From assembly GCA_965218095.1 (NCBI GenBank), contig OZ244587.1, positions 5,184,001-5,248,000 of the forward strand: 64,000 bases of DNA, given 5' to 3'. The notes below the pieces were generated by a model. The model was not told where the DNA came from. It saw only the letters and a list, made by a program, of their open reading frames with translations, and ran no database searches. This document shows, piece after piece, positions 39,480 to 50,766 of this stretch. Each line of letters begins with the position of its first letter. Within the stretch, counting starts at the first letter, position 1. Origin of the DNA: Candidatus Poribacteria bacterium. GTDB taxonomy: Bacteria > Poribacteria > WGA-4E > PCPOR2b. The translations under genes were made by a program, and so were the position numbers.

Positions 39480-40607
39480 ATGATTGAATATATTTGCAAC
39501 CAATGCAATACCACATACTCCATTGACGCCATCCGATACAAATGCGATTGCGGTCAACCCCTTGAACTCAAAAAAAAGGAGATCGCATTTCCAATTGATC
39601 AGATAACCAGGCGAAGCAACTCGCTCTGGCGCTATCGCGAAGCCCTCCCAATTACTGATGACACATCGGTGATCTCGCTCGGCGAGGGGATGACGCCGCT
39701 CATATCCTTTGATCACCCCACACATGACCATCGACTGAAGTTGGATTTTGTTTGTCCGACAGGTTCATACAAGGACCGCGGGGCTGCCATCCTGTTATCC
39801 AAAGTCAAGGAGCTCGGCGTCCAAGAAGTCGTCGAGGATTCTTCGGGAAACGCGGGCGCGGCGATTGCGGCATATAGCGCGAAAGCGGGAATCGACTGCA
39901 CAATCTACTGTCCGGCGTCTACCTCGAAAGGCAAGCTCGCGCAGATCTCGATGTATGGTGCGAAACTAAAACTGATCGAAGGAAATCGAGCCGCAACGAC
40001 ACAGGCAGTCCTCGAAGCGGCGGAGACCACCTATTACGCCTCGCACAACTGGAATCCTTTCTTTTTGGAAGGCACAAAAACCATCGCCTTTGAGATTGCG
40101 GAGCAGCTCGGTTGGCAGGCTCCAGACCATATCATCTGTCCAGTTGGGTTTGGGAGCGTCTATATGGGCTTGTACATCGGATTTCAAGAACTTCAGGCAC
40201 AGGAGATTATCACCAAACTCCCCCGCTTACTCGGCGTTCAGTCCGCCGCGTGTTGCCCAGTTTACAAGGCTTATGCTGAAAATAGGTCGCAGATCGAAAG
40301 GTCTCCGCAAACTCATGAGACCCTCGCCGAAGGTATCACATCGGAGGCGCCAATCCGGACGCAGACCATCATGGCGGCAATTCGCAGGACAAACGGCGCA
40401 ATCGCGATCGTTGATGAAGAAGAGATTAAAGCAGGAATCAGAATTCTGGCTTCAAAAGGCATCTACGTTGAACCCACTTCAGCCGTTATCGTCAAAGCCT
40501 TCGATAAATTTGTGAAATCAGGAATTATCCGCGAAGGCGATGTAACCGTCTCGATTCTGACAGGCTCAGGCTTGAAGGCAACGGATAAGTTAATGAAAAT
40601 TGCGTGA
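39480..40607 (+). CDS. thrC: Threonine synthase-like PLP enzyme (fold type II)
   Basis: N-terminal CxxC/CxC, SLGEGMTP, PTGSYKDRG, SSGNAG, VEPTSA, LTGSGLK. Confidence 0.75.
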   Translation: MIEYICNQCNTTYSIDAIRYKCDCGQPLELKKKEIAFPIDQITRRSNSLWRYREALPITDDTSVISLGEGMTPLISFDHPTHDHRLKLDFVCPTGSYKDRGAAILLSKVKELGVQEVVEDSSGNAGAAIAAYSAKAGIDCTIYCPASTSKGKLAQISMYGAKLKLIEGNRAATTQAVLEAAETTYYASHNWNPFFLEGTKTIAFEIAEQLGWQAPDHIICPVGFGSVYMGLYIGFQELQAQEIITKLPRLLGVQSAACCPVYKAYAENRSQIERSPQTHETLAEGITSEAPIRTQTIMAAIRRTNGAIAIVDEEEIKAGIRILASKGIYVEPTSAVIVKAFDKFVKSGIIREGDVTVSILTGSGLKATDKLMKIA

Positions 40608-40781
40608 AACGGAAAGAGTTCCCGAGGAATCCCGTCTGTAGATGCCCAAGTTTTGGAAACACGTCTTAAGGAGGATTCGCATAGTATTTGAACCATCAGA
40701 TGTATTAAGGCTATACTTCATAGTTTTTCTTAGGTCTTTCTGAAGTAATTACCTTTTTTCTGATAAATGGGAGATAACAAA

Positions 40782-40868
40782 ATGAGTGTTCAGATGTGGA
40801 TTGGTGATGTGCCAGAGTATTCCAATGAACGAAAAGCCATTGTTGCTTTGGCACGGGCACTTGACGAA
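40782..40868 (+). pseudogene. N-terminal gene stub truncated by IS3 (NERD-nuclease-like start)
   Basis: GGGAG RBS, then MSVQMWIGDVPEYSNERKAIVALARALDE ending at the IS end. Confidence 0.45.
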
Positions 40869-42124
40869 GTAAAGTGGACCCATTGTCGAGGCCAAAATAC
40901 AGGAAAAATAAGTAAGATATTTGAGATAAACTGACACTGCTTTAGCTCAGATAGACCTCAGCCGGGGTAGCATAATTTAGACTCTGGTGAGGTCGCTGTT
41001 GATTATAGAAACGGATATATTGAGTTAATCCATCAAACAGGGCTTGCCCTGTTTGGTAAAGTTTGTGATAAACATCTTCATACTTGACGCTTCGCCAAAA
41101 CCGCTCAATGTAAGTGTTGTCAATGGCTCTCCCCACGCTGTCCATACTCATAGCAATACCATCGGCTTCGACCGTATCGGTGAAAGCATTGGCTGTAAAC
41201 TGGACACCTTGGTCAGTATTGAAGATGATGGGGGTTGCCCCAGATAATGCGTGATGCAAAGCGTCGAGACAGAACTGCCCTGATAGACTATTGGATAACT
41301 CCCAAGTGATGACGTAACGACTATACCAGTCGAGTATCGCCACCAGATACATAAACCCTTTATCCATCGGGATATAGGTAATGTCAGCCGACCAGACCTC
41401 ATTGGCAGCGGTCACCTCATAGTCCCGTAATAGGTATGGGTAAATCCGATGCTCGCTGTTGATGGCTGAGGGTTTGGGATAAATCGCTTCTATACCCATC
41501 AAACGCATCAGTCGCTGGATGCGTTTGCGGTTCACACGGTAGCCAAGCCGCTTAAGATGTTGTGTCATTCGACGACTCCCATAGAGAAGGGGTTTGCAGA
41601 TAGTGCTCATCTATTTGTCTCATCAGATGCAGATTGTCTGCTGACTCTGTAGCCGGTTGACAGTAGAGGGTTGACCGGGAAAAACCGAGCAATTCACACT
41701 GACGACGGATACTCAGTTTCAGGTGGTCGGGTTCAACGAGTGCCCGTCTCTGTTCAGCGGCTTGAGGCAGCTTTTTTTTTCAACCAGTCGAGTTCCATAT
41801 TCAACCGCCCCATTTGCTCATACAGGCTCGACTCCCTGTCATTTTGCTCACGCTGTCGCTGGGTCGGGTTGGTAGCGAAAATATCGCTACCTTGTTCAAG
41901 CAACTGTTTCTTCCATTGGCTGATTTGGCTTGGGTGCAACTGATGCTCGCTTGCCAATTGGTTGATAGTTTTATCGGGTTTGATGGCTTCAACGGCTATT
42001 TGAAACTTGAATTTGGCAGTATGCCGAATCCGTTTGGTTGACATATTCAGACCTCCATTGGTGGACGGGAGTTAGACGTTATTTCTTACTTAACTCCTGG
42101 CCCGAATATTGGGGACCATTATAC
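40869..42124 (-). mobile_element. IS3-family element, probably inactive
   Basis: Imperfect TIRs GTAAAGTGGACCC..GGCCA and GTATAATGGTCCCC..GGCCA; orfA 41754-42044 with A9G slippery site; orfB DDE motifs WSADITYI, NTDQG, IERFWRSVKYE; extra frameshift near 41585; no TSD. Confidence 0.9.
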
Positions 42125-42143
42125 CCTACCTTGGACCCTACCT

Positions 42144-42888
42144 TTGAAGCAGAAAACAACAGAGGAAGTAATCAAGCAGTTAGGTAATAAACGTTACGAA
42201 CGACTCTTAATACTCAGCCTATCTCCTCGCTTTGACGAATTAAGCGGCGTTGAACAGTTCGGCATTCGTGATCTGGGAATCTATGGCAGCGACTCGGTTA
42301 TTCAAACCCTACTTGAATATCTTGAGCCTTTTAATATTGGTGATTCAAGGATGACTTGGAGGGTGCATTGGGAAGCCGCGAAAGCTCTGGTGCATATTGG
42401 TACGGTTTGTTCAATACAAGTCTCTTATTGATTTGTTATCTGATGAGGAACTAATATCGCGGTTGATGGCTGTTGTAGGCTTAGAGATGGCCAGCCGAAG
42501 TAAAGAAGCGCGGCAATCACTTATGCGGATTGGGTTTGATTCTAGTCAATTAAAAGCGGCTATAAAAAACTGCTTTGCTGATAAGGTTGGAATTGAAGCA
42601 ATTCAATGTATATCCCAACTCCGAAGCCAATTTTTTGAGGATGTCAAAGGAGAAAAGATTATTTTGGATCTCTTTAAGCGAGTTGAAAAGAATATTATCA
42701 TTGATGCCGCTTTAGAAGCACTCGACGATGAACAAGGTAAAATGTGCGCGATTTGGATCATTGGAGAACTTGGAGACAGGAATATATTGCCACGGCTTGA
42801 AGCAAAATTGTCAGATTTAGATGTGCATACTGAAGTCAACCAAGCGATTCAAAAGATTATCCAGCGTGTGCCTGAAGGAGATATTTGA
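42144..42888 (+). pseudogene. HEAT-repeat protein remnant, 5'-truncated and frameshifted
   Basis: VHWEAAKALVHIG, frameshift, LIDLLSDEE..AIWIIGELGD. Confidence 0.6.
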
Positions 42889-42951
42889 GGTGAAGGTTCT
42901 TTGCTATCAACCACGATTTTGTTGAATTCATTGTAATTAGGGAGTAATCAG

Positions 42952-43716
42952 ATGCAACAATCCGAAGGGAAACTTCATAATCAGGTGGTGATTGTTACCG
43001 GTGCCGCTCAAGGGATGGGTGCTGCAATTGCCGGTCGTCTGGCAGCGGAAGGTATGAAGGTTGTCTTGAGCGACATCAATGCGGAAAAGGTCGCGCAGGT
43101 CGCTGAGAGAATAAACACCGCCATCGAGGACAGCGCGGTGGCGATGAAAACAGATGTCACGAAGGAGAATGAAGTCGCTGAGATGGTGGAAGCGACTATC
43201 GCGCACTATGGGACCGTTGGTATTCTGGTGAACAATGTGGGGATTCTCTATCCAACACGAATCGACAACATCACCAAAGCCGAGTGGGACGAAGTCATTG
43301 ATGTGAATTTGAATGGCAGCTTTCTGTGCTCAAAAGCGGTGCTGCCGATAATGAAGGCAAACAATTTTGGCCGCATTATCAACATGTCTTCATCAGCAGG
43401 GAGAAGCGTCAGTACGCTTGGTGGGGTTCACTATACCGCCGCCAAAGCGGGAGTCCTCGGTTTGACCAGGGGCATGGCGAAAGAGGTCGCGCCCTTTGGG
43501 ATTACCGTCAATGCCATTTGCCCAGGATTAATCGATACCGAGATGGCACGGGAGAACTGTTCCCCTGAGCAATTGAGGGCGTATGAAGCTAGTTTTCCAA
43601 TTCCCCGGTTGGGAACGCCTGAAGAAGTGGCCCAACTGATATTCTTTCTGGTGATGGATGCACCGTATATCACAGGGGCGTCAATAGACATCAATGGCGG
43701 GGATTTGATGATGTAG
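42952..43716 (+). CDS. SDR-family oxidoreductase (FabG-like)
   Basis: TGAAQGMG, YTAAK, NAICPG, DINGG. Confidence 0.9.
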   Translation: MQQSEGKLHNQVVIVTGAAQGMGAAIAGRLAAEGMKVVLSDINAEKVAQVAERINTAIEDSAVAMKTDVTKENEVAEMVEATIAHYGTVGILVNNVGILYPTRIDNITKAEWDEVIDVNLNGSFLCSKAVLPIMKANNFGRIINMSSSAGRSVSTLGGVHYTAAKAGVLGLTRGMAKEVAPFGITVNAICPGLIDTEMARENCSPEQLRAYEASFPIPRLGTPEEVAQLIFFLVMDAPYITGASIDINGGDLMM

Positions 43717-43807
43717 TATTTACCTGTGTCAACTTAGTAGGTCACTCCAACTCTCATACAAAGTCAAGTTAAGTTCACACTAATGATATAGCGTTGCAGT
43801 AATAATA

Positions 43808-45010
43808 ATGGAAGGAAAACGCCAGATGATTGATACGATGAAATCTCATTTGAGGGGGCAACTGGTGGAAATCGAGGAAAGTGGACTGTTTAAAACCGAA
43901 CGAATCATTACCAGTCCACAGCGGGCGAGAATCAACGTCAAAACGGGCCAAACCGTCCTCAATATGTGCACCAATAATTACCTTGGACTTGCGGATGACC
44001 CTGATATTATCGAAACCGCCAAGGCAGGCATAGACAAATGGGGGTACGGTCTCTCGTCTGTGCGCTTCATTTGTGGGACGCAGGAAATCCACAAAACGTT
44101 GGAGGGTAAAATCTCTGAATTCCTCGGTACGGACGATACTATTCTCTATACCTCCTGTTTTGACGCAAACGGGGGGCTGTTTGAAACTCTGCTGACCGAA
44201 GAAGATGCGGTTATCAGCGATGAACTGAACCACGCAAGCATCATCGACGGCATACGGCTGTGCAAAGCGAAACGCTTCCGTTTTAAGAACCGCGACATGG
44301 CTGACCTTGAGGCAAAACTCAAGGAAGCCCAGGACTCGCGCTTTCGTCTGATTGCAACGGACGGTGTGTTCTCCATGGACGGGACCATTGCCAACCTGCA
44401 GGGCATCTGCGATCTCGCAGATGAATACGAGGCGCTGGTCATGATCGACGATTCCCATGCGACGGGATTCCTTGGGGGGCGTGGAAAAGGCACACACGAA
44501 TACCGCGACGTAGTGGGTCAAGTGGACATCATCACCAGCACACTTGGAAAGGCGCTCGGCGGCGCCAGCGGCGGATTGACAAGCGGTAGGGGTGAAATTA
44601 TAGACCTGCTGCGTCAACGTTCACGGCCCTATCTTTTTTCCAACACCCTGGCTCCCAGCATTGTATGTGCGTCCCTGAAGGCGCTTGAGATCATCTCCGC
44701 ATCAACAGCTTTGCGGGACAAGCTTGAGGAAAACACCCGCTATTTCAGAGAAAAAATGTCAGAAGTGGGTTTTGATATTCCGCCGGGCGTCCATCCCATC
44801 GTGCCGATTATGCTTGGGGATGCCGTGTTGTCGCAGAAGATGGCTGCGAAACTCCTCGAAAAAGGTGTGTACGTGATTGGCTTCTTCTATCCCGTGGTTC
44901 CCAAAGGAAAGGCGAGAATCCGAACGCAGATCTCCTCTGCCCATTCCATTGAAGATCTCGATTTCGCCGTCAAGATGTTCGCTGAGGTTAAACAAGAGTT
45001 TGGGATATAA
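43808..45010 (+). CDS. kbl: Glycine C-acetyltransferase (2-amino-3-ketobutyrate CoA ligase)
   Basis: [57 protein letters not shown]. Confidence 0.95.
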   Translation: MEGKRQMIDTMKSHLRGQLVEIEESGLFKTERIITSPQRARINVKTGQTVLNMCTNNYLGLADDPDIIETAKAGIDKWGYGLSSVRFICGTQEIHKTLEGKISEFLGTDDTILYTSCFDANGGLFETLLTEEDAVISDELNHASIIDGIRLCKAKRFRFKNRDMADLEAKLKEAQDSRFRLIATDGVFSMDGTIANLQGICDLADEYEALVMIDDSHATGFLGGRGKGTHEYRDVVGQVDIITSTLGKALGGASGGLTSGRGEIIDLLRQRSRPYLFSNTLAPSIVCASLKALEIISASTALRDKLEENTRYFREKMSEVGFDIPPGVHPIVPIMLGDAVLSQKMAAKLLEKGVYVIGFFYPVVPKGKARIRTQISSAHSIEDLDFAVKMFAEVKQEFGI

Positions 45011-45017
45011 GTCCTCA

Positions 45018-45050
45018 AACCTTGCGAAGGTTCCGAACCTTCGCAAGGTT
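45018..45050. repeat. Intergenic nested palindrome (REP-like)
   Basis: AACCTTGCGAAGGTT-CCG-AACCTTCGCAAGGTT. Confidence 0.7.
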
Positions 45051-45072
45051 AGCAAAAGAAAGGAAAACAAAA

Positions 45073-45894
45073 TTGAGAATTATCGATCCACATGTCCACG
45101 TTTGGAAAAATGACTCACAATTCCCCTGGGCGCCAGAGACAGCCAACCCACCAAAGGAAGACGCCACGCCAGAGATGCTACTCCAATTGATGGCTGCTAA
45201 CGGCGTTGAGAAAACTGTCTTGGTGCAGGTGATTCACTATCGCTGGGACAACAGCTATGCTGCCCACGCGATGAAAACCTATCCAGATAAATTCATGGGG
45301 GTCTGCCGAATCAATCCCGAAGACCCCAAATCGCCAGACCATCTTAGTTACTGGACAGAGGAACACGGCTTCCACGGCGTCCGATTGAGCCCTGCCGTTG
45401 GGTCCGCTGGCGATTGGTTCACGGGACCGTTGATGGATCCAATCTTTAGCCGTGCAGAAGCACTTGGTGTCCCGATGCTGATTTTGACCGGCGCGGATCG
45501 GCTGCCTGATCTGGCAGCGATTTTGAAACGCCACGGCGATCTCGACGTAGTCATCGATCACATGGCGGATGCGCCGGCGGATGGCCCCGAAAAACAACAA
45601 CTGCTGCTAGACATGGCGAAATTCCCGCGGGTTTACGTCAAGATCAGTCACACATGGTCGATCTCCAATACCACATATCCCTGGGCGGATATACACGACC
45701 TGGTCAAGAAAGTCTATCACGCATTCGGTGGGCGGCGTATCATGTGGGGGACGGATTGGCCCGTCTGCTTGAGTAAGGCGACTTACGCCCAAACCCTATC
45801 CGTCGTGCGGGACGAGATGGATTTTTTTACGCCCGAAGATCGGGAATGGGTATTGGGCAAAACCGCGCTTCAGCTTTGGAAATTCCCTGAATAA
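45073..45894 (+). CDS. Amidohydrolase-2 family protein
   Basis: IIDPHVHVW, GVRL, VIDHM, MWGTDWP; TTG start after a purine-rich RBS. Confidence 0.9.
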   Translation: MRIIDPHVHVWKNDSQFPWAPETANPPKEDATPEMLLQLMAANGVEKTVLVQVIHYRWDNSYAAHAMKTYPDKFMGVCRINPEDPKSPDHLSYWTEEHGFHGVRLSPAVGSAGDWFTGPLMDPIFSRAEALGVPMLILTGADRLPDLAAILKRHGDLDVVIDHMADAPADGPEKQQLLLDMAKFPRVYVKISHTWSISNTTYPWADIHDLVKKVYHAFGGRRIMWGTDWPVCLSKATYAQTLSVVRDEMDFFTPEDREWVLGKTALQLWKFPE

Positions 45895-46092
45895 TTTGCT
45901 ATTAGACGCAAAGCACTGCACGGGCTATCATTGTTCTTTTCATTTTTACGGTCTCCTCCAAAGTTGCTCTCTATTAACCCCGCGTCCCTATTTTTGTTGC
46001 AGTGAAGCTCAATTCTCATAAATCCATGCTTTTCAGTTCGAGGAATTTCGGATATAATGCACATTAGAAAAGTTTGAAAGGAGGCATTCGCC

Positions 46093-46467
46093 ATGCCCTT
46101 TTGTCCGCAATGCAAAGCTGAATATACCGAAGGTGTTTCAATCTGCGCCGATTGCCAGGTTGAACTTGTCCCTGAACGCCTACCGGAGGATACCGTTGAG
46201 TACATCGATTGGGAAGTCGTTCAGGAGGTTCCCACCGAATTTGAAGGCAATCTAATCAAGGGTGTGCTAAGGGGCGGGGGGATTGACGCCGTGGTGCACC
46301 CACACGAGATTCCTGCGCTTGGTGGTGTCCGATTGGAGCCGGAGTGGGGCGAGGTGCTTGTCCACTATGATGAATTACAAGCAGCAAAAGCCCTCGTTGA
46401 GGAATACCTTGCGAGTCTACCTGCAAATGCCCTCGAAAACCAGGACGCAGATCTTGAGACTGTCTAA
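46093..46467 (+). CDS. Zinc-ribbon plus DUF2007-like protein
   Basis: FCPQCKAEY..CADCQVELV, LIKGVLRGGGI; GGAGG RBS. Confidence 0.75.
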   Translation: MPFCPQCKAEYTEGVSICADCQVELVPERLPEDTVEYIDWEVVQEVPTEFEGNLIKGVLRGGGIDAVVHPHEIPALGGVRLEPEWGEVLVHYDELQAAKALVEEYLASLPANALENQDADLETV

Positions 46468-46474
46468 TTTTGTG

Positions 46475-46503
46475 TTGACAACGCCATCCCGAAACGCTAT
46501 AAT
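46475..46503 (+). promoter_or_regulatory. Perfect-consensus sigma70 promoter for the second PorV-like gene
   Basis: TTGACA-N17-TATAAT. Confidence 0.8.
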
Positions 46504-46566
46504 GACCCGACATTTCCTCGAAACTCATCACCATTCACTTCGTAGATCCCAATTAGGAGGATAGTT

Positions 46567-47517
46567 TTGCCAAGATCCAATCAATATTTCATCCTTTTTA
46601 TATTGTGTGCAATTGCGTTGTCCCCGTGGATTGCAGCCGATGGTGCTGATATTCATGAAAACGCGGGAACTCGGGCGATGACATTTTTGAAGATCGGTGT
46701 TGGCGCCAAAGCCATCGGTATGGGAGAGTCACAGGTTGCTGACGCAAATGATCTTTACGCCACATACTGGAACCCAGCCGGACTTGCACAACTCCAACGC
46801 CCACAACTTGGCTTGATGCACAACGAATGGTTTGAAGGGATTAATCACCAATTCGTTGGCTTTGCACATCCACTCGGTAAGGCGGGAACACTTGGCGGGA
46901 GTTTGATCTACCTCTCCTATGGCGAGCTTGAGGGATACGACATTGATGAAAATGGCGAGCCCGTTAAAACAGAAAACTTTCGTCCTTATGACCTTGCGCT
47001 GATCCTCTCTTACGCCCGTCAACTTGCGTCCGCGTTTTCCCTTGGCGCCAACGCGAAATGGGTCCGTGAAAAGATTGACACGGAAAGCGCGCAAGCTGTC
47101 GCGTTTGATGTCGGCGGTTTGTATACGATTCCCAACAGTTCGCTCTCTCTCGGATTCAACGCCCAACATCTCGGCGCCAAAGCCAAATTTGTTGAGGAAT
47201 CCTTTAGTCTGCCCGTCAATATTAAAGTCGGAGCGGCGTATAAACTCCTTGACGAGGCTTTTACCCTCGCTGTTGATGTGAATCGCCCCACCGATAACGA
47301 CCCTACAATTGGGTTTGGAGCAGCGTTCACGGCATCTGAGCTCATCCACCTGCGGACGGGTTACAAATACAAACTCGGCGGCAACGATTTGGGAACAGCG
47401 TCCGGGATCACCAGCGGAATTGGGTTCACCATTGAAGGCTTCCAAATTGACTACGCTTTTGTTTCCTTCGGAAAACTCGGTTCCGTCCACCGATTCTCGC
47501 TCATCTCGAACTTCTAA
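46567..47517 (+). CDS. PorV/PorQ-family outer-membrane beta-barrel
   Basis: FLKIGVGAKAIGMGE, YWNPAGL, IDYAF, HRFSL; AGGAGG RBS. Confidence 0.85.
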   Translation: MPRSNQYFILFILCAIALSPWIAADGADIHENAGTRAMTFLKIGVGAKAIGMGESQVADANDLYATYWNPAGLAQLQRPQLGLMHNEWFEGINHQFVGFAHPLGKAGTLGGSLIYLSYGELEGYDIDENGEPVKTENFRPYDLALILSYARQLASAFSLGANAKWVREKIDTESAQAVAFDVGGLYTIPNSSLSLGFNAQHLGAKAKFVEESFSLPVNIKVGAAYKLLDEAFTLAVDVNRPTDNDPTIGFGAAFTASELIHLRTGYKYKLGGNDLGTASGITSGIGFTIEGFQIDYAFVSFGKLGSVHRFSLISNF

Positions 47518-47959
47518 GTAAGTTTGCGAATGAAATCATCACAGTTATGGTAAGACTTTCGGTGATAGGTTACCGGAGCGGAAATTGAACCCGCATTACA
47601 TTAGAGATTGTTAGGGCGCACGTACCTTTGTTTAATTTGACCCAATATGTCACTTGATAACGCAGATTTTTGCTGACTGGAAAGTGAAAAACAGGCAAGA
47701 TGACTTACAGATACTTTCCAAGGTGGGCGATAAAAAATTCAAAACCGGTGTAGAATAATATACTACACCTTTAAGAAGTGTTTCTCTATCCCAATGAGGG
47801 ATTTAGATTTAACGGTAACTTTTCGTTCCCAATCAGAAACCACGTACCCAATTTGACAACAGTCCATCTGATGTCTTTGAGCCACCTATACTAATACCCG
47901 AGTGCTTATTCATTGATGTTATTGGCTTGTGAGTCATAGGAGCCTCCTATTACTACTAG

Positions 47960-48074
47960 AATGAGAGCGGGCATAAAGCCACTGGTTACGGAAAACCAGC
48001 CTAGCCCCTCGGGGGCGTTGAATTCCGTGAACCCACACCATTGGTTATTATACAAAAAAGCTAGAAAAAGGCAA
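47960..48074 (-). promoter_or_regulatory. Promoter plus structured 5' leader (candidate ncRNA or cis-regulator)
   Basis: TTGCCT-N16-TATAAT, then a closing stem enclosing hairpins GCCCC-CGA-GGGGC and CTGGTT-TTCCGT-AACCAG, upstream of AGGAGG and the ATG at 47937. Confidence 0.55.
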
Positions 48075-48091
48075 AGAAAAATCTAAACACA

Positions 48092-49174
48092 TTACTCCTT
48101 CCACGTTTGGCGCAGTAGCCGCAGCCAGTTGCCATGCAAGATGGCGACGATATCGTCGTCGTTGTAACCCCGATTCGCCAGCAGCTCCACTAACTTTTGC
48201 AGATCGGCGATGGTGTCCAGATCACGGGGCGATTGCTCCCGGCCATAGCCGCCATCCAAATCGGTGCCAATCCCAGCGTGGCGGTTGGCACCCGCCAATT
48301 GGCACACATGGTCAATGTGGTCAACGACGGTGTCCAGTGTGACCTCTTCATTTGTACTCTGGCCGGAGATCCAGCCCGGTTGCAGCATCCACGCATCAAA
48401 AGCCGCACCTATCACACCATCTCGCTCAAAAATTGCTCGCAATTGTGCATCGCTGAACTGACGTTGGTGGGGGACCAGCGCCCGGCAGTTGTTGTGGCTC
48501 GCTAACACCAATCCTTCGTAGTGTTCTAATGCCTCCCAGAAGGCTTGATCGGAGCAGTGCGTGAGATCGAGCGGAACGCCTAACCGCTCCATTTCAGCGA
48601 GCAGCGGCGGGCCGAGCTCGGTCAAGCCCAGTTCCGTGCCTGTGCCGCCTGCATAACGTCCCGGCCCATAATGCGTCAGCCCGAGTAGACGTAGGCCCCC
48701 TTCCACCCATTCCTCTAGCTGATCGGGTTGCAGGATTGGATCCGCGCCCTCCATACTGATCACAAACCCCAGGGGCGGTGTTTCATCTCCATCCGGTTCC
48801 CTCGCTGCCTCCCAGGCTTCCCATGCGTGGATATGACCATCCAAGGTCGGTTGATCTGTAATAATGCGGATGTGCCCCTCGGATTCTAAGGCGTGATAGT
48901 ACGCCAATTGGCCGTGAGCAATACCGTAGGATTGGACCGGCGATGCGTAATCCGCGTGGGGCGCGGGATGCCCTGTGGACCGAGCAAACAGGGTAACAAA
49001 GCAGAGCGCCATCCGGGCCTGATGCATCTCTAGGAATGCAACGGTGCCCTGGCCGCGTCCCTTACCTGGGGTTCCAACTTCCTGGGTACGGATAGTGTAA
49101 GCGGATTGCAACAAGTCTCGGTTCCCTTGCAGTGCGTTATAGGAAAGATCAAGATGGGCATCAATGATTAGCAT
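48092..49174 (-). CDS. Membrane dipeptidase (peptidase M19) family protein
   Basis: DAHLD, SMEGAD, LTHY, DLTH, ASHNN, IGTDLDG. Confidence 0.9.
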   Translation of the reverse strand: MLIIDAHLDLSYNALQGNRDLLQSAYTIRTQEVGTPGKGRGQGTVAFLEMHQARMALCFVTLFARSTGHPAPHADYASPVQSYGIAHGQLAYYHALESEGHIRIITDQPTLDGHIHAWEAWEAAREPDGDETPPLGFVISMEGADPILQPDQLEEWVEGGLRLLGLTHYGPGRYAGGTGTELGLTELGPPLLAEMERLGVPLDLTHCSDQAFWEALEHYEGLVLASHNNCRALVPHQRQFSDAQLRAIFERDGVIGAAFDAWMLQPGWISGQSTNEEVTLDTVVDHIDHVCQLAGANRHAGIGTDLDGGYGREQSPRDLDTIADLQKLVELLANRGYNDDDIVAILHGNWLRLLRQTWKE

Positions 49175-49340
49175 AAACAAAAGCCTCCTCATAAGGTCTC
49201 GTCAAAAACAAATTCGGATTGTCTATTGATTATTGAAAAACAATCGCACGAAATTTCTTCTCAATTATCCATAGCGTATTAGGATTTCTGGATTTTCAAG
49301 ATTATCCCCAATTGCATCGGGATTCAAAGCAACCTGAAAA

Positions 49341-49658
49341 TTATTGAATCGTGTTCCGAATCCCATATTTCTCCATCTTAGAATGGAGCGTATTCCGATT
49401 GATTCCAAGGATTTCAGCAGCTTTCCTACGATTCCAGCCGGTGCGTTGGAGAGCAAGTTCAAATAGCGGTTTTTCAACGGCGACGTAAATTTCTGCTTGA
49501 AGCGAGCCCGAGGCGGCTCCGGATTCAATGAATTCATCCACTCGTTCCGATATAAGGGCGGCAAGGCAATTCTCAAAACCCCCCGGAGCGATTGCAGTAG
49601 GAATTAGACACGCAAGCTCAGGGAAGTGTTCCGGGAGAAGCACCTGACCGGGGCACAT
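49341..49658 (-). pseudogene. C-terminal Fis-HTH remnant of an NtrC-type sigma54 activator
   Basis: VEKPLFELALQRTGWNRRKAAEILGINRNTLHSKM; AAA+ domain absent. Confidence 0.7.
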
Positions 49659-49672
49659 TACATACTCTGGTT

Positions 49673-50707
49673 TTACATTGATAACGTAAGCGGTTTTTCT
49701 TCCTTCAACAAAGCATGCATTAAGTAAGGAATATCCATCATCCGGTCAAGTTGATTCTGTATTGTTCCTCGCTGACTAGCAAGCCAACTTAACACTTGAC
49801 TGATATCGTAGGCATTTCGCACCGGCGCGAAGGAACCGGGGACTTTATCTATAGATCGCACTTTATGCTCGTGGGGCTCAACATCCTGTTCAAATCGATC
49901 GACAAGCTCACCGTCCTTCCCTGTTCTGGCAATATGGTACGCTCTTGCGGCTGCATGGACACCCCATCTTTTGGCGACGGCCTTATCAATCCAATGTTCA
50001 ATTTGACCCGGACTGGGCTTTGCTTCAGATAATTTCTCGCAAGATACCTTCATTAGCTGCCACTGTTGGAGTCGACGTATGTCCCCTGAAGCTTGGTGAA
50101 GTTGGCGCTCTAAGAATTCCTTAATGATACATTCAAGGGGTATGGGCGATTTCCGGTGGATTATTTTCAATCTTGCATCCCGGCGCATCAACATGCCAGT
50201 CCTAAAATTAACACTGCACCACGTTAGGTTAATCTCCAATGTAGTGGTTTTATCCACCGAATTTAAGGCATTCACTCTGAGTAAGACAGTCTCTCCTCCG
50301 TCGCCTGGATCGAATTTGTAATTGGGTAAGGTAAAACTAACCCGCATGCGTTCACCATACTCCGTCAGTGTCAATTCTGCTTCAAGATGCTCTGGATTAA
50401 AGTCAATTTGTTTCAGGGCAGTCTCTAATGCCTCAACAATACGACGATGTTGAACGAGTTCATACTGCTCTGAGACAGTGGCAACGGGTATCTGCACTTC
50501 ATCATCGTTGATTGGTAGAAGATAACCCTGATTCCTCTTGAGAGGTTTCCGTACTATGAGGGTTAGGTATTTATTCACTCCCCCGTCTTCTATGCCAAAC
50601 GGAGCTATCCTAAAACAAGGAATCTCCTGCCGAAGATCGCTAATAGATCCTTTGTCCTCTTTCACTTTTCGCCCCTGCCATGTTTGATTGGACCATGTAA
50701 GTGCCAT
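49673..50707 (-). CDS. DUF932-like phage/plasmid-type protein
   Basis: VATVSEQYELVQH, LTEYGERM, LNSVD, AYDISQVLSW; AAGGAG RBS. Confidence 0.55.
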   Translation of the reverse strand: MALTWSNQTWQGRKVKEDKGSISDLRQEIPCFRIAPFGIEDGGVNKYLTLIVRKPLKRNQGYLLPINDDEVQIPVATVSEQYELVQHRRIVEALETALKQIDFNPEHLEAELTLTEYGERMRVSFTLPNYKFDPGDGGETVLLRVNALNSVDKTTTLEINLTWCSVNFRTGMLMRRDARLKIIHRKSPIPLECIIKEFLERQLHQASGDIRRLQQWQLMKVSCEKLSEAKPSPGQIEHWIDKAVAKRWGVHAAARAYHIARTGKDGELVDRFEQDVEPHEHKVRSIDKVPGSFAPVRNAYDISQVLSWLASQRGTIQNQLDRMMDIPYLMHALLKEEKPLTLSM

Positions 50708-50766
50708 ACCATACTCCTTTCATTCAGTCATGTTCAGAATTTCTCAACAATTGACAATGATCAATC

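Noticed and set aside
43726-43780. Small MITE-like inverted repeat GTGTCAACTTAG/TTAAGTTCACAC
   Set aside because: Imperfect and single-copy in the window; insufficient support.
47568-47596. tRNA T-arm-like GCGGGTTCAATTTCCGC on the minus strand
   Set aside because: No matching acceptor 5' strand, D-arm or anticodon arm at the expected spacing; no CCA.
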